A stretch of DNA of 64,000 nt from the human T2T-CHM13v2.0 reference genome, Homo sapiens. Position numbers and translations under genes: made by a program. The notes under the pieces were generated by a model. The model had not been told where the DNA came from and searched no databases. It was given only the letters and a program-made list of their open reading frames with translations. The stretch is taken from assembly GCF_009914755.1 (NCBI RefSeq), contig NC_060928.1; one strand, given 5' to 3'. Positions within the stretch are counted from its first letter, which is position 1. Each line of letters begins with the position of its first letter. Below are positions 15,078 to 35,490 of the stretch, piece after piece.

Positions 15078-17156
15078 ATACATAAAAATATACACATATA
15101 TATGTTTATACATATATGACATAATATGTTTATATATTATATATAGATATATTTGTACAATATGTAGTATATTAATATATTACATATATTATATATAATA
15201 CAAACATATTCATATATATTATATATTGTATATTATATATTATATATTTATATATTATATAATTATATATTAATATTATAATATTATCTAATATTAACAT
15301 ATTATATTATAATATTATCTAATATTAACATATTATATTATAATATTATCTAATATTAACATATTATAATATTATCTAATATTAACATATTATATTATAA
15401 TATCTAATATTAACATATTGTATTATAATATTATATAATATTAATATATTGTATTATAATATATAATACATTATATTATAATATTATATAATATAATATA
15501 TTGTATTATAATATATGATATATTGTATTATAATATTATATTGTATAATATATTATATTATATTATATATTATATTATGTTATAATATTATATTATATAA
15601 TATATTATATTATATTTATGTATTAATATATTAATATGTTTATATATTATAAACATAATATATAAACATAATATATTGTAAACATAATATATGGTTTATA
15701 TATAATATATATTATATAATATATATTATATTATAATCATATATTATATATTATATAATATATATTATATTATAATCATATATTATATATAATGTAATTA
15801 TATACTATATTATAATTATAATTATAGATCATATTATTATATAATAATTATATAATTATTATATAAATATTATATATTATTATATATATTACATATATAT
15901 TATATATATTACATATATAATTATTATATAATTATATATAATAATTATATATTATATAATATTATTATATTGTATTATATAGAAATATATTATATATAAT
16001 ATAATATAAAATATTACATTATATATTATATGTTATCTTTATACTATGCACTATATAATATATATGTTATATATTACATAATATATTATATAATCTATTA
16101 TATTATCTATTATATAATCTATTATATAATAGATAATATAATAGATTATATAATATATTGTACTATATATAATAATAGATTATATAATATAATATGTATT
16201 ATATATTATGTAATCTATTATATAATATAATATGTATTATATATTATATAATCTATTATATAATGTAATATATATTACATATTATATAATATAATATATA
16301 TTATATATTATATAATCTATTATATAATATAATATATAATATAATATATAATATATATTATATAATCTATTATATAATGTAATATATATTACATATTATA
16401 TAATGGAATATATATTACATATTATATAATCTATTATATAATATAATATATATTACATAATATAATATAATATAATATATATTACATATTATATAATATA
16501 ATATATGTTACATATTATATAATATAATATATATTACATATTATAAAATATAATATATATTATATATTATATTGTATATATTAGATATTATATTATATAT
16601 TATTATTATACAATATATTATATAGTATATATAATGTTATATATTATATATATTATATAATATAATATGCATTATATATTATATAATATATTATATGATA
16701 TATATTACATATTATATAATATATTAGATATTATTATATTATATATTATTATACAATATATTACATATAATATATAATATTATATATTATATATTATATA
16801 TAATATATTATATATAATATTATATATTATATTTTATATTATATATAATATATTATATATAATATTATATTATATATAATATATTATATATAATATATAA
16901 TATATAATATAATATTATATTATATATAATATATTATATATAATATAATATTATATATAATATATTATATATAATATAATATATAATATATAATATTATA
17001 TATAATATATTATATATAATATATAATATATTATATTATATATTATATATTATATATAATATTATATAATATATTATATAATGTTATGTTTATAATATAT
17101 TACACATAATATATACATATATATGTTTATACATATATGTGTATATTTTTATGTAT
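15078..17156. repeat. ~2.1 kb AT-rich low-complexity/minisatellite array, palindromic (PATRR-like)
   Basis: Almost only A/T; 31-bp subunit (tattataatattatctaatattaacatatta) ~15274-15420; terminal IRs and central palindrome (see findings). Confidence 0.9.
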
Positions 17157-17369
17157 ATATTATTTAAATCTGCATTCCCTTAATGACTAATATGGAACAC
17201 TTTTTAAACATATATCATATATAAAAACATAAAATATATAACAAATATAAACATAAAACAAAAAAACATATATATATTTATATTTAGATACAGATATCTT
17301 ATTTTGATAAACATATGTGTGTTTCTGTGTGTATGCCTGTGAGAGAGACAGAGAGAAAAGGAGAGTAAA

Positions 17370-19086
17370 ATAGGAAATTACTCAAAGAAAGAATAAAAAA
17401 ACATCAAAAGCATAGATAACCATCTGACATGTACTTCCCAAGTCAGAAAAAATTGAAACATTTAAAAAATGAAAAATATGTGATCTGTTAAGTAAAGATT
17501 TATAAATTCCCACAATAATACACAACTCAATAAACATGCAAATAGAGAAGATACAATTCTTTTCTACAATAAGTTGTTTCTTGACCAAAGTAGCAGATTA
17601 ATAGAATTAGAAAATCATCAAATAATGGCAAAATAAAGGGAGAAATTTTCACAGATTAATTATATAATCTCAAAATAATACTGAGAAATTAGTTATTAAT
17701 TTGCCAACCCAAAGAAACTCTTCTTTAATATCTTTATTGTGGTATGTTGGCTTCAACCTTACATTTTCCAGGTGATTAATGTTGAAAAGAATAGAAGAAC
17801 ATACACAACACACTCACATACACATAAAGTAGAAGAAAGAAATCAAAGGAAAAAGAAAATTGGCAAAAATAGTACTTGGTGTGTGTGCGTGCATGTGTGT
17901 ATTTGAGAAAGGGGGAGAGGTGTTTATTTTTTGAGTTCTGTAAATTTTTCTGTGAAATTTAACTTATATCATCATGAAATTAAAATAAAACATGTAACAC
18001 CTTAATATAGACTATTCTAATAGCCAAACAAAATACTAATGGTATAAATTGAAACATAGACATAATAAAGACCAAATGCAGGAAAGTAATATATGTGTGG
18101 CATGGAGATACTGAAGAAAATGCTATTGCGGAGATTGCCACACTGGGCTTCCAGAATATATATATAGGATATCAAAACTCACCAGTAAAAAAACAAATAA
18201 CACAATAAAATTAGGTAAAAATTTAAACAGACACTTAATTTGCCCCCCCAAAAACAGTACAGGGATGACAAGTAGTAACATAAAAAGGTGTTCTAAACTA
18301 TTAATTATTAGAAAAGGTAAATTAGACAGTAAGTTGGATAATAATACACACTTAGTGTAATGCCTAAACTGTAAAAGATTGACCGTAACAACTAACAGCA
18401 AGGATGTGGAATAAATGTGAGTGTCATATAATTATAAAAATAGCTGTCATCATTGTAATTTTATGTAAAATTGTTCTATCATTTTGAAAAAGAGCTGGAG
18501 GTTTATGAAATATTTAAACTTATACCTGTGTATAAGTCTGCCGTTCCAATGCTAGGAGTTGCCTAGCCAAATTGAAAGCATATACCCCACAAAAGTATTT
18601 TTACACAAATGTTTACTGTAGCTATTTTTAATAACCACACTTGGAAAAAAACAAAATACCTACCAACAATGAAGAAATAACCATGGATAAATCATACTCG
18701 GTGAAAGAATCCAAATAAAATAATATATACTGTATGATTCATTTATATAAAATTTTTGGAAATGCAAACAAATCAACAGTAAGAAAAGGTATGTCATTGT
18801 TTTAGTCAAGGGGGAGGAAAGAGGAGAGAATTGTATAAGGGCATGAGGAAACTTACGGGGATGATGGTTAAATTTTTTATTTTAATTTTGATGGTTTCAC
18901 AGTTACATGCATGTTAGTATGTATCATGTTATACAATTTAACATGTCGAGTTATTTTATAATCATGCCAATTAAAGCTATTAAATTTGAAAATTTTAATG
19001 TTAGTATGTATCATGTTATACAATTTAACATGTCGAGTTATTTTATAATCATGCCAATTAAAGCTATTAAATTTAAAAATTTTAAT
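17370..19086 (+). mobile_element. Decayed L1M (L1MC/ME-like) fragments ending in a 3' end
   Basis: ggtaaaaatttaaacagacacttaa, caaggatgtggaataa, atactgtatgattcatttatataaaat, gggcatgaggaaacttacggggatgatgg motifs. Confidence 0.6.
18911..19086. repeat. 87-bp tandem duplication (2 copies, 1 mismatch)
   Basis: atgttagtatgtatcatg...aaatttRaaaatttta at 18911 and 18998; visible as a 29-aa repeat in ORF 18907..19104. Confidence 0.95.
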
Positions 19087-19240
19087 TTGTTACATGTCTC
19101 ATGAATTTATTAAATAATAATTATTATATGTACTGCCTCAGAAATTACAATTTTTACCAAGAAAAAAGTCACAAAGTGGGGCAAGGCGCATTACCCCAAA
19201 TCTATGCAATCCACAGTAAAGATAAATGTCAAATATTATT

Positions 19241-21888
<2,648 letters not shown>

Positions 21889-21915
21889 TGTCAAATGTTA
21901 TTATTAATAATTATT

Positions 21916-23513
<1,598 letters not shown>

Positions 23514-23523
23514 AATAATTATT

Positions 23524-23900
<377 letters not shown>

Positions 23901-24989
23901 TAGCAAAACAAAATTATTCAGGTTATGAACATAAAGTTAAATTAAAGGAAAACTAATTTAAATCTAGAATATCTTACCAAAAATATAAAACATTTGACAT
24001 TGCTTAATTGGCAAAAATTGTGAATAAAGAATGTAGGGATATTTGAGATCAATAACTGTATTAAGATCATGGACTTAATGAAATTAAACAGAATTTTATT
24101 ATATTTGCAACTACTACCTAGTAGTCAACTATGAAAATCATAATATTTAAGAAATCTAATAAAATATGAGAATTAGTTCTTAAATCAAAATAATTCAGTA
24201 AAAATACCACCTGGATTTAATAAAATTCAGCTTTTTTTAACTGATTTAAGTAATTAACTGGCATTTGGTTAACTTTTTAGCACCAAAAATATGTATTTAA
24301 ATATTATTGGAAAAGTGGTATATGTTTTAAAGATTATTGAATAATGGTCTATATAAAAGAAATAATCAGATTTATTTTCAACTGACTGGTACTTGAATGT
24401 CAGAATCATGAAGAAACTAAGTATTACACAGTTCATACTTATAATTTTATAGAGGGGGGAAACTGTAGTGCAGAAAATTCAGTTTATGGTGGCTTAAACA
24501 TATCTGGTACCTGAGTCTCATAACAGCCAGTAAATTTGTTCTATCATTGCATGCAGCCTTTATAAGAATAATGTACTACTTTAGAAAATAACAGTAAATA
24601 ACTTTTCATTGTTTAAAGAGTTTATTTAGCATTACTACAGTCATTTTTCATATTAATACTTCTCCTAATTCTAAATATATATGAAATTACAAATTGCATA
24701 TCCCACTGAGCTGTTCAAAAGAAAGATATTCTCTAATTAGAAGAAATGACTCATCTCAAAAAACTGCTTTATTCTGCATATAGTAATTATTTTTAGAAGG
24801 CACTTTGACAAGAAATTCCAACAGGTAGTCATATAAATCCTATTCCTAAAGATTTATTTTTCTATTCTAAGACTATATCTCTCATTTGTATCTTTTTTCT
24901 TTTTTTAATCCTGCTCCTTCCATAAGTACTATATTTATTTTGTTTCATTTAGTCATTTTTATTAATCCACCGTATTTTAACACCTTAAT

Positions 24990-25530
24990 TTATTTTTAGC
25001 AGCTTTCATATTTTATATACAAAAACTACATTTATATTAATGTATACAATCTGATGAATTTGGACATACGCGAACATCCAGGATACCATATAGTCACCAC
25101 AATCAAGGTAGTAGATATACCCAATACCTTCCAAAGTATACTTTTGTCTCATTTTGTATGTGTGTGTGTACTAAGAACACAACATTAGATTGACTCTCTT
25201 AACAACTGTCGAAGTGACCATGCTGTGTTATAAACTGTAGACATTGTGCTGTCAGCCAGATCTCTATAACTTACTCATCCAGCATAACTGAAACTTTACA
25301 GGCTTCGAGCAACAATGCCTCATTTTTCCTAGATTCCAGACTCTGGAAACCACTGTTGTACTCTCTGCTTCTATGAGTTTGACAATTACAGACACCTCAT
25401 ATAATTGGAATAATTGCAGATTTGCCCTTCTGTGACTGGCTTGTTTTATTTAGTAAGTTGTTCTCCAGACTCATCTCTGTTGTTGCAAAAGGCACGATTT
25501 CCATCTTTTTAAAAACTGAATGGTGTTTCA
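24990..25530 (-). mobile_element. L1MA/MB 3' end fragments
   Basis: aatgtatacaatctgatgaatttggaca; cagatctctataacttactcatccagcataactgaaac; ctctctgcttctatgagtttgac. Confidence 0.7.
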
Positions 25531-27132
25531 AAAATACCATAAGTATCCAGAAACATTAATATATGTAATTAACATTTAATATAAATTTGATATGTTCTTC
25601 ATCAGTGATGTTTTTCTCTTATATTGTCAATGATTTTCCAGGATATAAATGACTGGAGACACATAAAAATATAGAATTGAAGGTAACTTCATTTTAAGTA
25701 ATTTTGATGGACATCAGAATATCTGCATTTATTTTGTGATTTAAAATTTATTATAATTATGTTATTTTTCCACAGAATTCACAGATTTCCATGTATGTAT
25801 GCAAATATACACATATATATGTGCAGTGTCTTTCTCATTTTTGCCATAAATTTTTTTCTATTTTTTTGTTGTTTGTTTCCACAATACTGACTCCTGTTAT
25901 AGGACATGTATGTTTTAGTGTGAGACAATGTTTACTCAACTGCAGTGTCTCAATGTTTCTTTTACCCATATGTTTTTCCTCTCTCTTTTGCTCTGATTTG
26001 ATTGTCATATACTATTTCCTTTATTTTGGGTATATATGGTATCCCTTCTGCTTAATAGTAAAGCCATGTCTTTTATTCTGTACCTACCTTGCCTATCCTG
26101 CTTAATGCAGAATATAACCATTATGTGCATTATAAATGCAAGTAGAGAAACCCCCAACAATACCTTTATTTTTTTGAATGTATACAGACAAACCTAGCCC
26201 CACTCTGATTTATCTGCCATATTGGATGATCAGATATTATAGTAGGTCTAACTCTTGGAACCCCTGTCTGAAATCACTTGGTCGATATAACGATAACCCA
26301 ATGACCACACTGCACACCTAGGCTCACTGGACTAAAATGTGGACGCTGGCAACAATTCAGAATGAATATCTTACTTTACCAAACACTGTACTCCACCATC
26401 ACATATGGTTTTTACTCTTTTTGTGGTTTTACACTTTTTACAAGTTTCATATATTCTTTTTATTTTTCTGGATTTTATGACTTTTATTCAGATGATTTTC
26501 TATGATTCTTATTATTTTTACTTGGACATAGTTTGTACGATCAAATCCTCTATATTAATTTTTACCCATTAGCATTACATTGAATAGGTGGGCCATGTAG
26601 CAAGTAAACAGAAAACAATTTTATTTGTCTCTTGCCATGAGATGCAGTAATTATTCACTCCTTTGTTGACATTTAAAGAGGGCCCTATGATTTTTCTGAT
26701 TACGAAGTTCTACCCAATTTAGTTTCAATAATTGTCTCACTTTAGCAATTAAAATATTCAGAACTGTTCAACAGTTAAATCTCTAAACATGATTTACAAT
26801 TTTGCCCTTCCCTGACCTGGAATGTTTCAGGTTGAAAAGTCTGTAATCGGAGTATGAGTGCAAGAAATAGTCAATTTCTCTACTACATCATTCATTCTCC
26901 TTAAGCTTCTTCTTCTCCCTTCAAATTTCAGCTTCCTAGAGCAGGTTAGGGTTGCACTGCATAAAGATTAGTAGGAAGAAAGAGTGAGGAGCATAAAATA
27001 TTTTACTTATTGGCACACACTCGTTGTGTGGAGATTTCTCCTCTAAGGAACTAATATATTGCACAATAAATACTTTAGTATTTGTTTATTGATGTCTTCC
27101 CATCTCAGCCTCATAATATAGTCTTAAGATAT

Positions 27133-27307
27133 ATACATATACTATAAATATAATACATATACTATATATGTATTATACATATACTATATATGTATTATAC
27201 ATATACTATATATGTATTATACATATACTATATATGTATTATACATATACTATATATGTATTATACATATACTATATATGTATTATACATATACTATAAA
27301 TATAATA
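27133..27307. repeat. 22-bp AT-rich minisatellite (6 perfect copies 27153-27284 plus flanking variants)
   Basis: Unit atacatatactatatatgtatt at 27153, 27175, 27197, 27219, 27241, 27263. Confidence 0.95.
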
Positions 27308-28409
27308 AAATTCTATATATATTTATATATAATATATAATGTATATATATTATATATACATTATATATAATATATAAATATAATACTATAATGTCAACTA
27401 TGAGAGCAGTGCATGTTGTCACTAATGTTCACTATTTTATCATGAGTACATAGGCAAGTGCCTACTTATGCTAAATATCTGTTAATAATGAATGTCCAGT
27501 GAAAGAATAGGCACATTTTTAATATAGATGTAAAACTATATTAAAATGAGATTGAAATTAGTTATACATTGGCTTATAATCCCACATATGCATTTTTTTG
27601 TACTTTATTTCTTATAGGACAATATCAGAATAACACAAACTCATATAGTGTTGTGTTTCCATGGATACAGACTATCTAAATAGAAAAGACATTGTAGTTT
27701 TAATTACTTGCTTTTGGCAAGATCAAAGATAGAGTGTTCTTCAGACACTCATTGGGAATATATATTTCTAGCATAAAAGTAATGTTCAAATTTTGCTTAA
27801 TATTTTTAAATGCTTGCATTCATCAAATACTGAAACTTGCAAAGCTAAACATTCAATTATGATTAATCTGTAAAGTATGCTTATGTCTTTCTGTACAAGA
27901 TTTCCTTAGTTTGTTAATAGGATATGTAGAGATAAATTTAATAATCAATTTAATAAATTTGTTTCTCAAATCCTTAAAAGTAACTTTTATTTTGAGATGT
28001 TCTTAGGAATAGACAATACCAACCAATTTATATTATTTTTAAATATTCAGTGTTTAATAGTGTAAATTGTATATTTTCACTAAAATACAAAGTTCAATTA
28101 AGAGTTTATCCTCCTCAATATTTATTTTACTGCTATGCTGTGAAAGGCTATGCATTTTTCAAATGTATTTAAAACATGAAAATAAAGCAGAAACAGCACA
28201 CACTGTAATCATGAGAGAACGCTATATTTCTAAGAGTTTTCTCAAGCTATTTTCTTTAAGAGATCACAGTATATCGTAGTTTTACACATGAATAATGTGC
28301 AATAGCAAACTCACCCAAGAGTAATTCAGCATGTCATTTAAAGAAATGTGAATTGCTATCTTGTCTCCTATTATTCCAATCCAGTCCTGATCCTTTATAC
28401 AAAGCAGAG

Positions 28410-28520
28410 TTGTTCGTTCATTTATTCACTAAATGCTTACTGAGTACCTGCTGGGTTAAAAATTTGGATAAAATATATGTAGAAGCTACTGTTCTGGAAA
28501 GACACATAATAAAATGTCTC
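28410..28520 (-). mobile_element. L2 3' end fragment
   Basis: ttcgttcatttattcactaaatgcttactgagtacctgct. Confidence 0.55.
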
Positions 28521-28748
28521 CCTTCATGATTTTATTTGGATGCCCAGTAAAATATTTGAAAGTGGTAGCGTGCCCCAGAGATGACTCTTAATGGAATACT
28601 TTTTAACTGTTTGGTGCTCAACAAATTTGAGTTTAACTTATGGTCATCATGATGATACTACTAATATGGCACTTCACAAAACCCTTAATATGGCACTTAC
28701 AAAAGTTATGATTATACTACTACTATATATCTAATATTATAATGTAAC

Positions 28749-29103
28749 GGCTATGGTCTAACTATGTGGGTCCCCCCAAAATTCTTAGGTCAAAATGTAA
28801 TCCTCAATGCGATAATATTGAGAAGCCAGGCCTTTAGAAGGTGATTAGGTCATGGGATGGAGCCCTCGTGAATGAGATTAGTTCCCATATAAAAGAGGTC
28901 CCAGGAAGCTTATTCCCCTTTCCACCATGAGAGAACAGAGCAAGAAGGCACCATCTGTGAAAAAGTGAGTGAACATTCATCAGAAAGAGAACCTGATGGC
29001 ACCCTCATCTTGAACTTTCTGGCCTCTAAAACTGTAAGGAAAAAATTTGTTTGTAAGCCACCCAGTTTAATGTATCTTAACGCAGCCTGAATGGACTAAG
29101 ACA
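28749..29103 (+). mobile_element. MLT1A-like MaLR solo LTR
   Basis: gctatggtctaa...ccccccaaaattc...gtgattaggtcatgg...gcagcctgaatggactaagaca. Confidence 0.85.
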
Positions 29104-29369
29104 ATATCTAATACCACGTGAGCTTACAAAAGATATTAGATCTGAACATCGTTTTTGTGATATAATAAAATAGATTTAATGATGATTACTTTGACATTTT
29201 TTTAAACCATAAAAGAGGTAACATATAGAAACACACATGTATCTAGGACATAGTGAACAAAGCAGACTCAAGTTTGCTCTCTAGATATGTGATCCTGAGG
29301 TATTTCATTACCCTTCCTATGCTTTAGACATTTTCTAAAATAGCTACGATACAGATTATTTTATTTTAA

Positions 29370-29751
29370 AATACTAAATAAAACTTTATAACAGAAATTT
29401 TCAAATAATTTGCCTATATTAAAATAAAGAACATCTGTTTGTGAAAGCTGTCATAGAAGTAGAAAAATACAATACATAAAGCAAAAAAAGCTAGTACAAT
29501 ACACATAACCAATAAAAGATTAATATTCAGAATTTATAAAACATTATTCAAGTAATTACTAAAAATATATAAAACCCAAAATAGAAATGGACAAAGAACT
29601 TTTATATTCATCTCATAAAATTTAAATAGTCAACAAATCATTGATATAAACAAAAATGGTTTCAATTCCATAAGTAATCAGGAAAGGCAAATACATATAG
29701 CAATTTGAGGAATGATTAGACAGTTACAGAGAAACAATTGAAATATCTGAC
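29370..29751 (+). mobile_element. Decayed L1M ORF2 3' fragment
   Basis: aaaagattaatattcagaatttataaa, aaatggacaaagaac, agtaatcaggaaaggcaaat. Confidence 0.55.
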
Positions 29752-31755
<2,004 letters not shown>

Positions 31756-32575
31756 ATGAGCAAAGGATCTAAGTAGACATTTCTTAAGAAATACTAATGG
31801 CCAACAGATGATATACATGAAAAAATGCCCAACATTTCTAAACATCAGAGAAATGCCAATTAAAAACCACAATGAGAAAAAAAAGAAATGTCTCACAATA
31901 CTATTATAAAAAGGTAACACTAATTCAATTTTAAATAGTAATGTAAACTAGGAAAAATATTCCCTTATATTAAAATCAAATAAACTTATAATGCATGACC
32001 CCAAAATTGCATTTCTGTATCCATAGACCCAAATAATTTGCTCACATATGTACATGGGTACACGTAAAAGAATACTCAAAGCAGCTTCATGTATCCTGTA
32101 GGGAAAACCAACTGTCCATCAGCAGTGGAATGGCTAATTAAACTGTGATGTACTCAAATGATTAAATGTTGCACAGCAGGAAAAAAAAAAAGGAGTAAGA
32201 GCTGGTTACACCATGTGGACGATGCTAACAGAAAAAAAAATATTGAAATAGCAAGACAAAAATATGTATAACATAATTTAATGTACATAAAATTTGAAAA
32301 AGTGTAAATTAAACCATTCTATTTAAGAATACATACATAGATGATAAAATTAAACAGAAAGAAAAGTATATGATTGTCATCAAATTCAAGATATTGATTA
32401 TCTCTTCATGGGAGAGGTCATGTTTTCCAAAGAGCTGGTGATGGCTTCTAACAATGTTTTATTTCCTGACCTCAGTGGTGGACATGTGCATGTTTTTTTA
32501 TTTGTTTGGTGTATTATACATTTTAATGTTATATACATTTATGTATGTGTGTTATATTTCAAAATAAATAAAAAT
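31756..32575 (+). mobile_element. Decayed L1M (L1ME-like) 3' end
   Basis: gcaaaggatctaagtagacatttc...aaaccacaatgag; ccaactgtccatcagcagtggaatgg; ends gtatgtgtgttatatttcaaaataaa. Confidence 0.65.
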
Positions 32576-34679
32576 GTTTATAATCTGATGCAAAAAAAGA
32601 ATCTTCCTTTTGACTGCCTTAAAATCTTAAAATCCTTCTAGTTAAATAGCTTTTCACTTCCTTTTGTCTCTCATAATATAGCCCAAACCCAAATTTCTCG
32701 CCTACAGTTATCAGCAGCCATTCCACTACTCTTACTCACATTCATCAGGAACTCCCCAGACTATCTCTTGGGTATTTGAACAAGCGAACTCTTTCCCTTG
32801 TATTTAATAGCATCCTTTGTCCTGTTTCTTAACTTCAAGTCTAACTTAATTATCATGAAACTTGTGAAGTACAACATCTCTAATTTTAGATATGTTCATA
32901 TACCTGTTTTAGTATTCAGAAAGGCCTGTTATTAATTACCTATTTACATCTTCTCAACCTATTAAATTATAAAGATTTATACGAAGAACTATATTTTAAT
33001 CATTATTCCCTAAGGCTAATTTGTACCTGAATTTCTTGGCTGCGAGTCAGAAAAATCTCCCTTTTAAAATCTAAAGTCTCTAGCCCAGTAAAGTTAGTTT
33101 TCTTTATTATGAAAACAATAGGTTTTTCACAAAATAGGTCAGTATTAATGTACAACTTTCTATAAGATAGCTAGCTACCTATCTACCATACAGGAAAATG
33201 AGGCCTGGGTATGTAAGTCCTTGATCCAAATCAGAGCCATTTATCCCTGGTATAACCAGGCAAGTAACATTAATTTTGTGGTTCAGAACCATTCAAACTA
33301 TTGACAATTTCCAACTTAAGTCAGAGAATTAAAAGAATGTGAATGATTTAGATATTATATGTGTTCTGAGTTTAAGAAAATACAGATAATGTGAAATTGA
33401 TTGCCACTCTCATTCAATATTTTAAAATTTGAATCACAGGATAGAGAGATAAATATTGTCCTGGTCAGAGAGTGGAGGAATTTCTAAGTCTGGCGGACTC
33501 TAAAATACCAGCATGTCTTCATCTAAGCATCCCTAAATGCCCATTAAATGAATGAATGCTTGCATACATGAGAAAATTAAAAGGAAGGCAGAAGGAATTT
33601 CAACGGATATTCAGAAGTTTTAAAGATAAATTTTAGTTTTCTGTCTTGAAAAAAAAGTGTTTTCTTAATATTAGAAAGCAGATAACAAAAAACACAGGGG
33701 GAAGGAAGTGACATGAAAGGACAAGCGATGCTTGTAACCATAATGTGACCTTAACGGTTCAGGGTGACAGAGATAATTTCATACATTCAGGAGCAGGTGC
33801 TGATGAGCTACACATTAAGTGCTAATGAGCAACGTATTAAAGACAATTGAGGAAGCCTACACCAAAATTTCATCAACAACTGGCCTGCTCTAACCAAAAC
33901 CTTATATTCTTTAGGTAATATTTTAAAACAAAACAAAAATAGAATAAAACAAAAAAAAACTTAGATGAGGTTTACATAAGGTTTGCATAGGTTTATATAA
34001 ACATTTTATTTAAGGTTATCTTTTAGTTAAAGGATATTTTATTAGGTTGAGAAAACAGAAATCTCTAATACAAAATAATTACTAAAATGTTCTGTGTAGG
34101 GTTATAGCTAGTTCTATTTGCTTATGAATTTCTAAATCAATAAATAAATTTATACTCATAATCATGTATCTAGTATATTTCTCAGTATAGAAAGAGTTTG
34201 CTTTGAAGCTTAGCCAACAAAATTTTAGGCTGAGGCACTCAAATATGAATTTCAAACTCAAAGACGAATAATGGTTTATTCCAAACCTGTTTATGTAGAA
34301 TTATCTAAAGTATTTATTAAGGCCTCATGCAATGAGCTACATCTTGAGAAACTCTACCATACTGGGTTACTTATTTCTCTAATGAATTTTCATCTTGCTA
34401 CTTGTTTAAAAATGCACACTCTGTGCCAGTTCCATTGCCAAGTGTTATTAAGGCTTGTTATTTTAAATAAACTGTTTAGATTTTTTTCACCTGTACAAAC
34501 CTGTTACAAAAATATTGTGCAACAGACGTATTTCAATTCTTGCATTTAAGTGGGCAGTTATAATTATTGCAGAAAAGTATAAGGATTTTTAAAAAGCGAA
34601 CATATAGACATTCCAAGTGAATTATTTGTGTATTTATACATGTTCTTGTGAACATCATTAATTTTTCCTCTCTATTGGA

Positions 34680-35490
34680 TCATTCACGTTGCCATTAAAA
34701 AAATCTTGTTTGTCCCCTCACTTATTTCAAGCAATGACTTCCACTCCATTCTCTTCTCTTTTTTTTTTGCATTACTCCTTTAAAGGGTTGCTATAATGCC
34801 TGACTGCAGTTGCTTCTTCCCATTGTCCCCCCTGCAATAAAAAATTTGCTTCCTTCAATCCAGTGACATTATGTATATATGTCTTAATTTGACTTCCACA
34901 TAAGAAAATTTTATGGGTAATTTATTCTCACAATATTTCATCAGCATTTGACACTCTTTATAATTACGTTATTTTAGAAATCTTTCTTTAGAATCCATGA
35001 AGATTTCTTGTTCATGTCCTTCATAGGACATCACTTTCAACCGTTTTGCTGGTTATTTCTCAAAATGATGAGAAGGCTCAAGGGTAAGCCTTCAAACTCT
35101 TATCTTCATTGTCTTCACTCAATTGTCTTTGCTCAATTTAGAAATGATCTCATCAATTGTGTGCTTTTATTTACCATGTTTATGTTGATGGGTTCAAAAT
35201 TTATATATTTGTTGTTATCTAATCATCAAATATTTTTGCATAATAGGCATTACAAAGTAAATGTGTCTAAAAATAAACTCCATTTCCACACGCCACTACA
35301 TTCTGCAAATCTCATATCGTTCATCTTAGTAAACACATTTCCCCTTATATAACAAAGACAAAAATACTCAAAGCTACATTTTATTTTTATTTATAATTAT
35401 CATTCTGCCTTGCATTTAATACATCAGCAAATCATACTGGATTCATCTATAAAGTGTATAAAAAAATTCAAATTTCTTATATTTATCCAT
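34680..35490 (+). mobile_element. L2 fragments
   Basis: tcagcatttgacact, ggcattacaaagtaaatgtgtctaaaaataaactc, catcagcaaatcatactgg. Confidence 0.5.

Noticed and set aside
16030-16230. 66-aa Y/I-rich ORF
   Set aside because: Translation artefact of the AT palindromic repeat.
15078-17156. AT array or the 22-bp array at 27153 as a CRISPR-like repeat-spacer locus
   Set aside because: No unique spacers between constant repeats, no cas-like ORFs, and the context is primate DNA.
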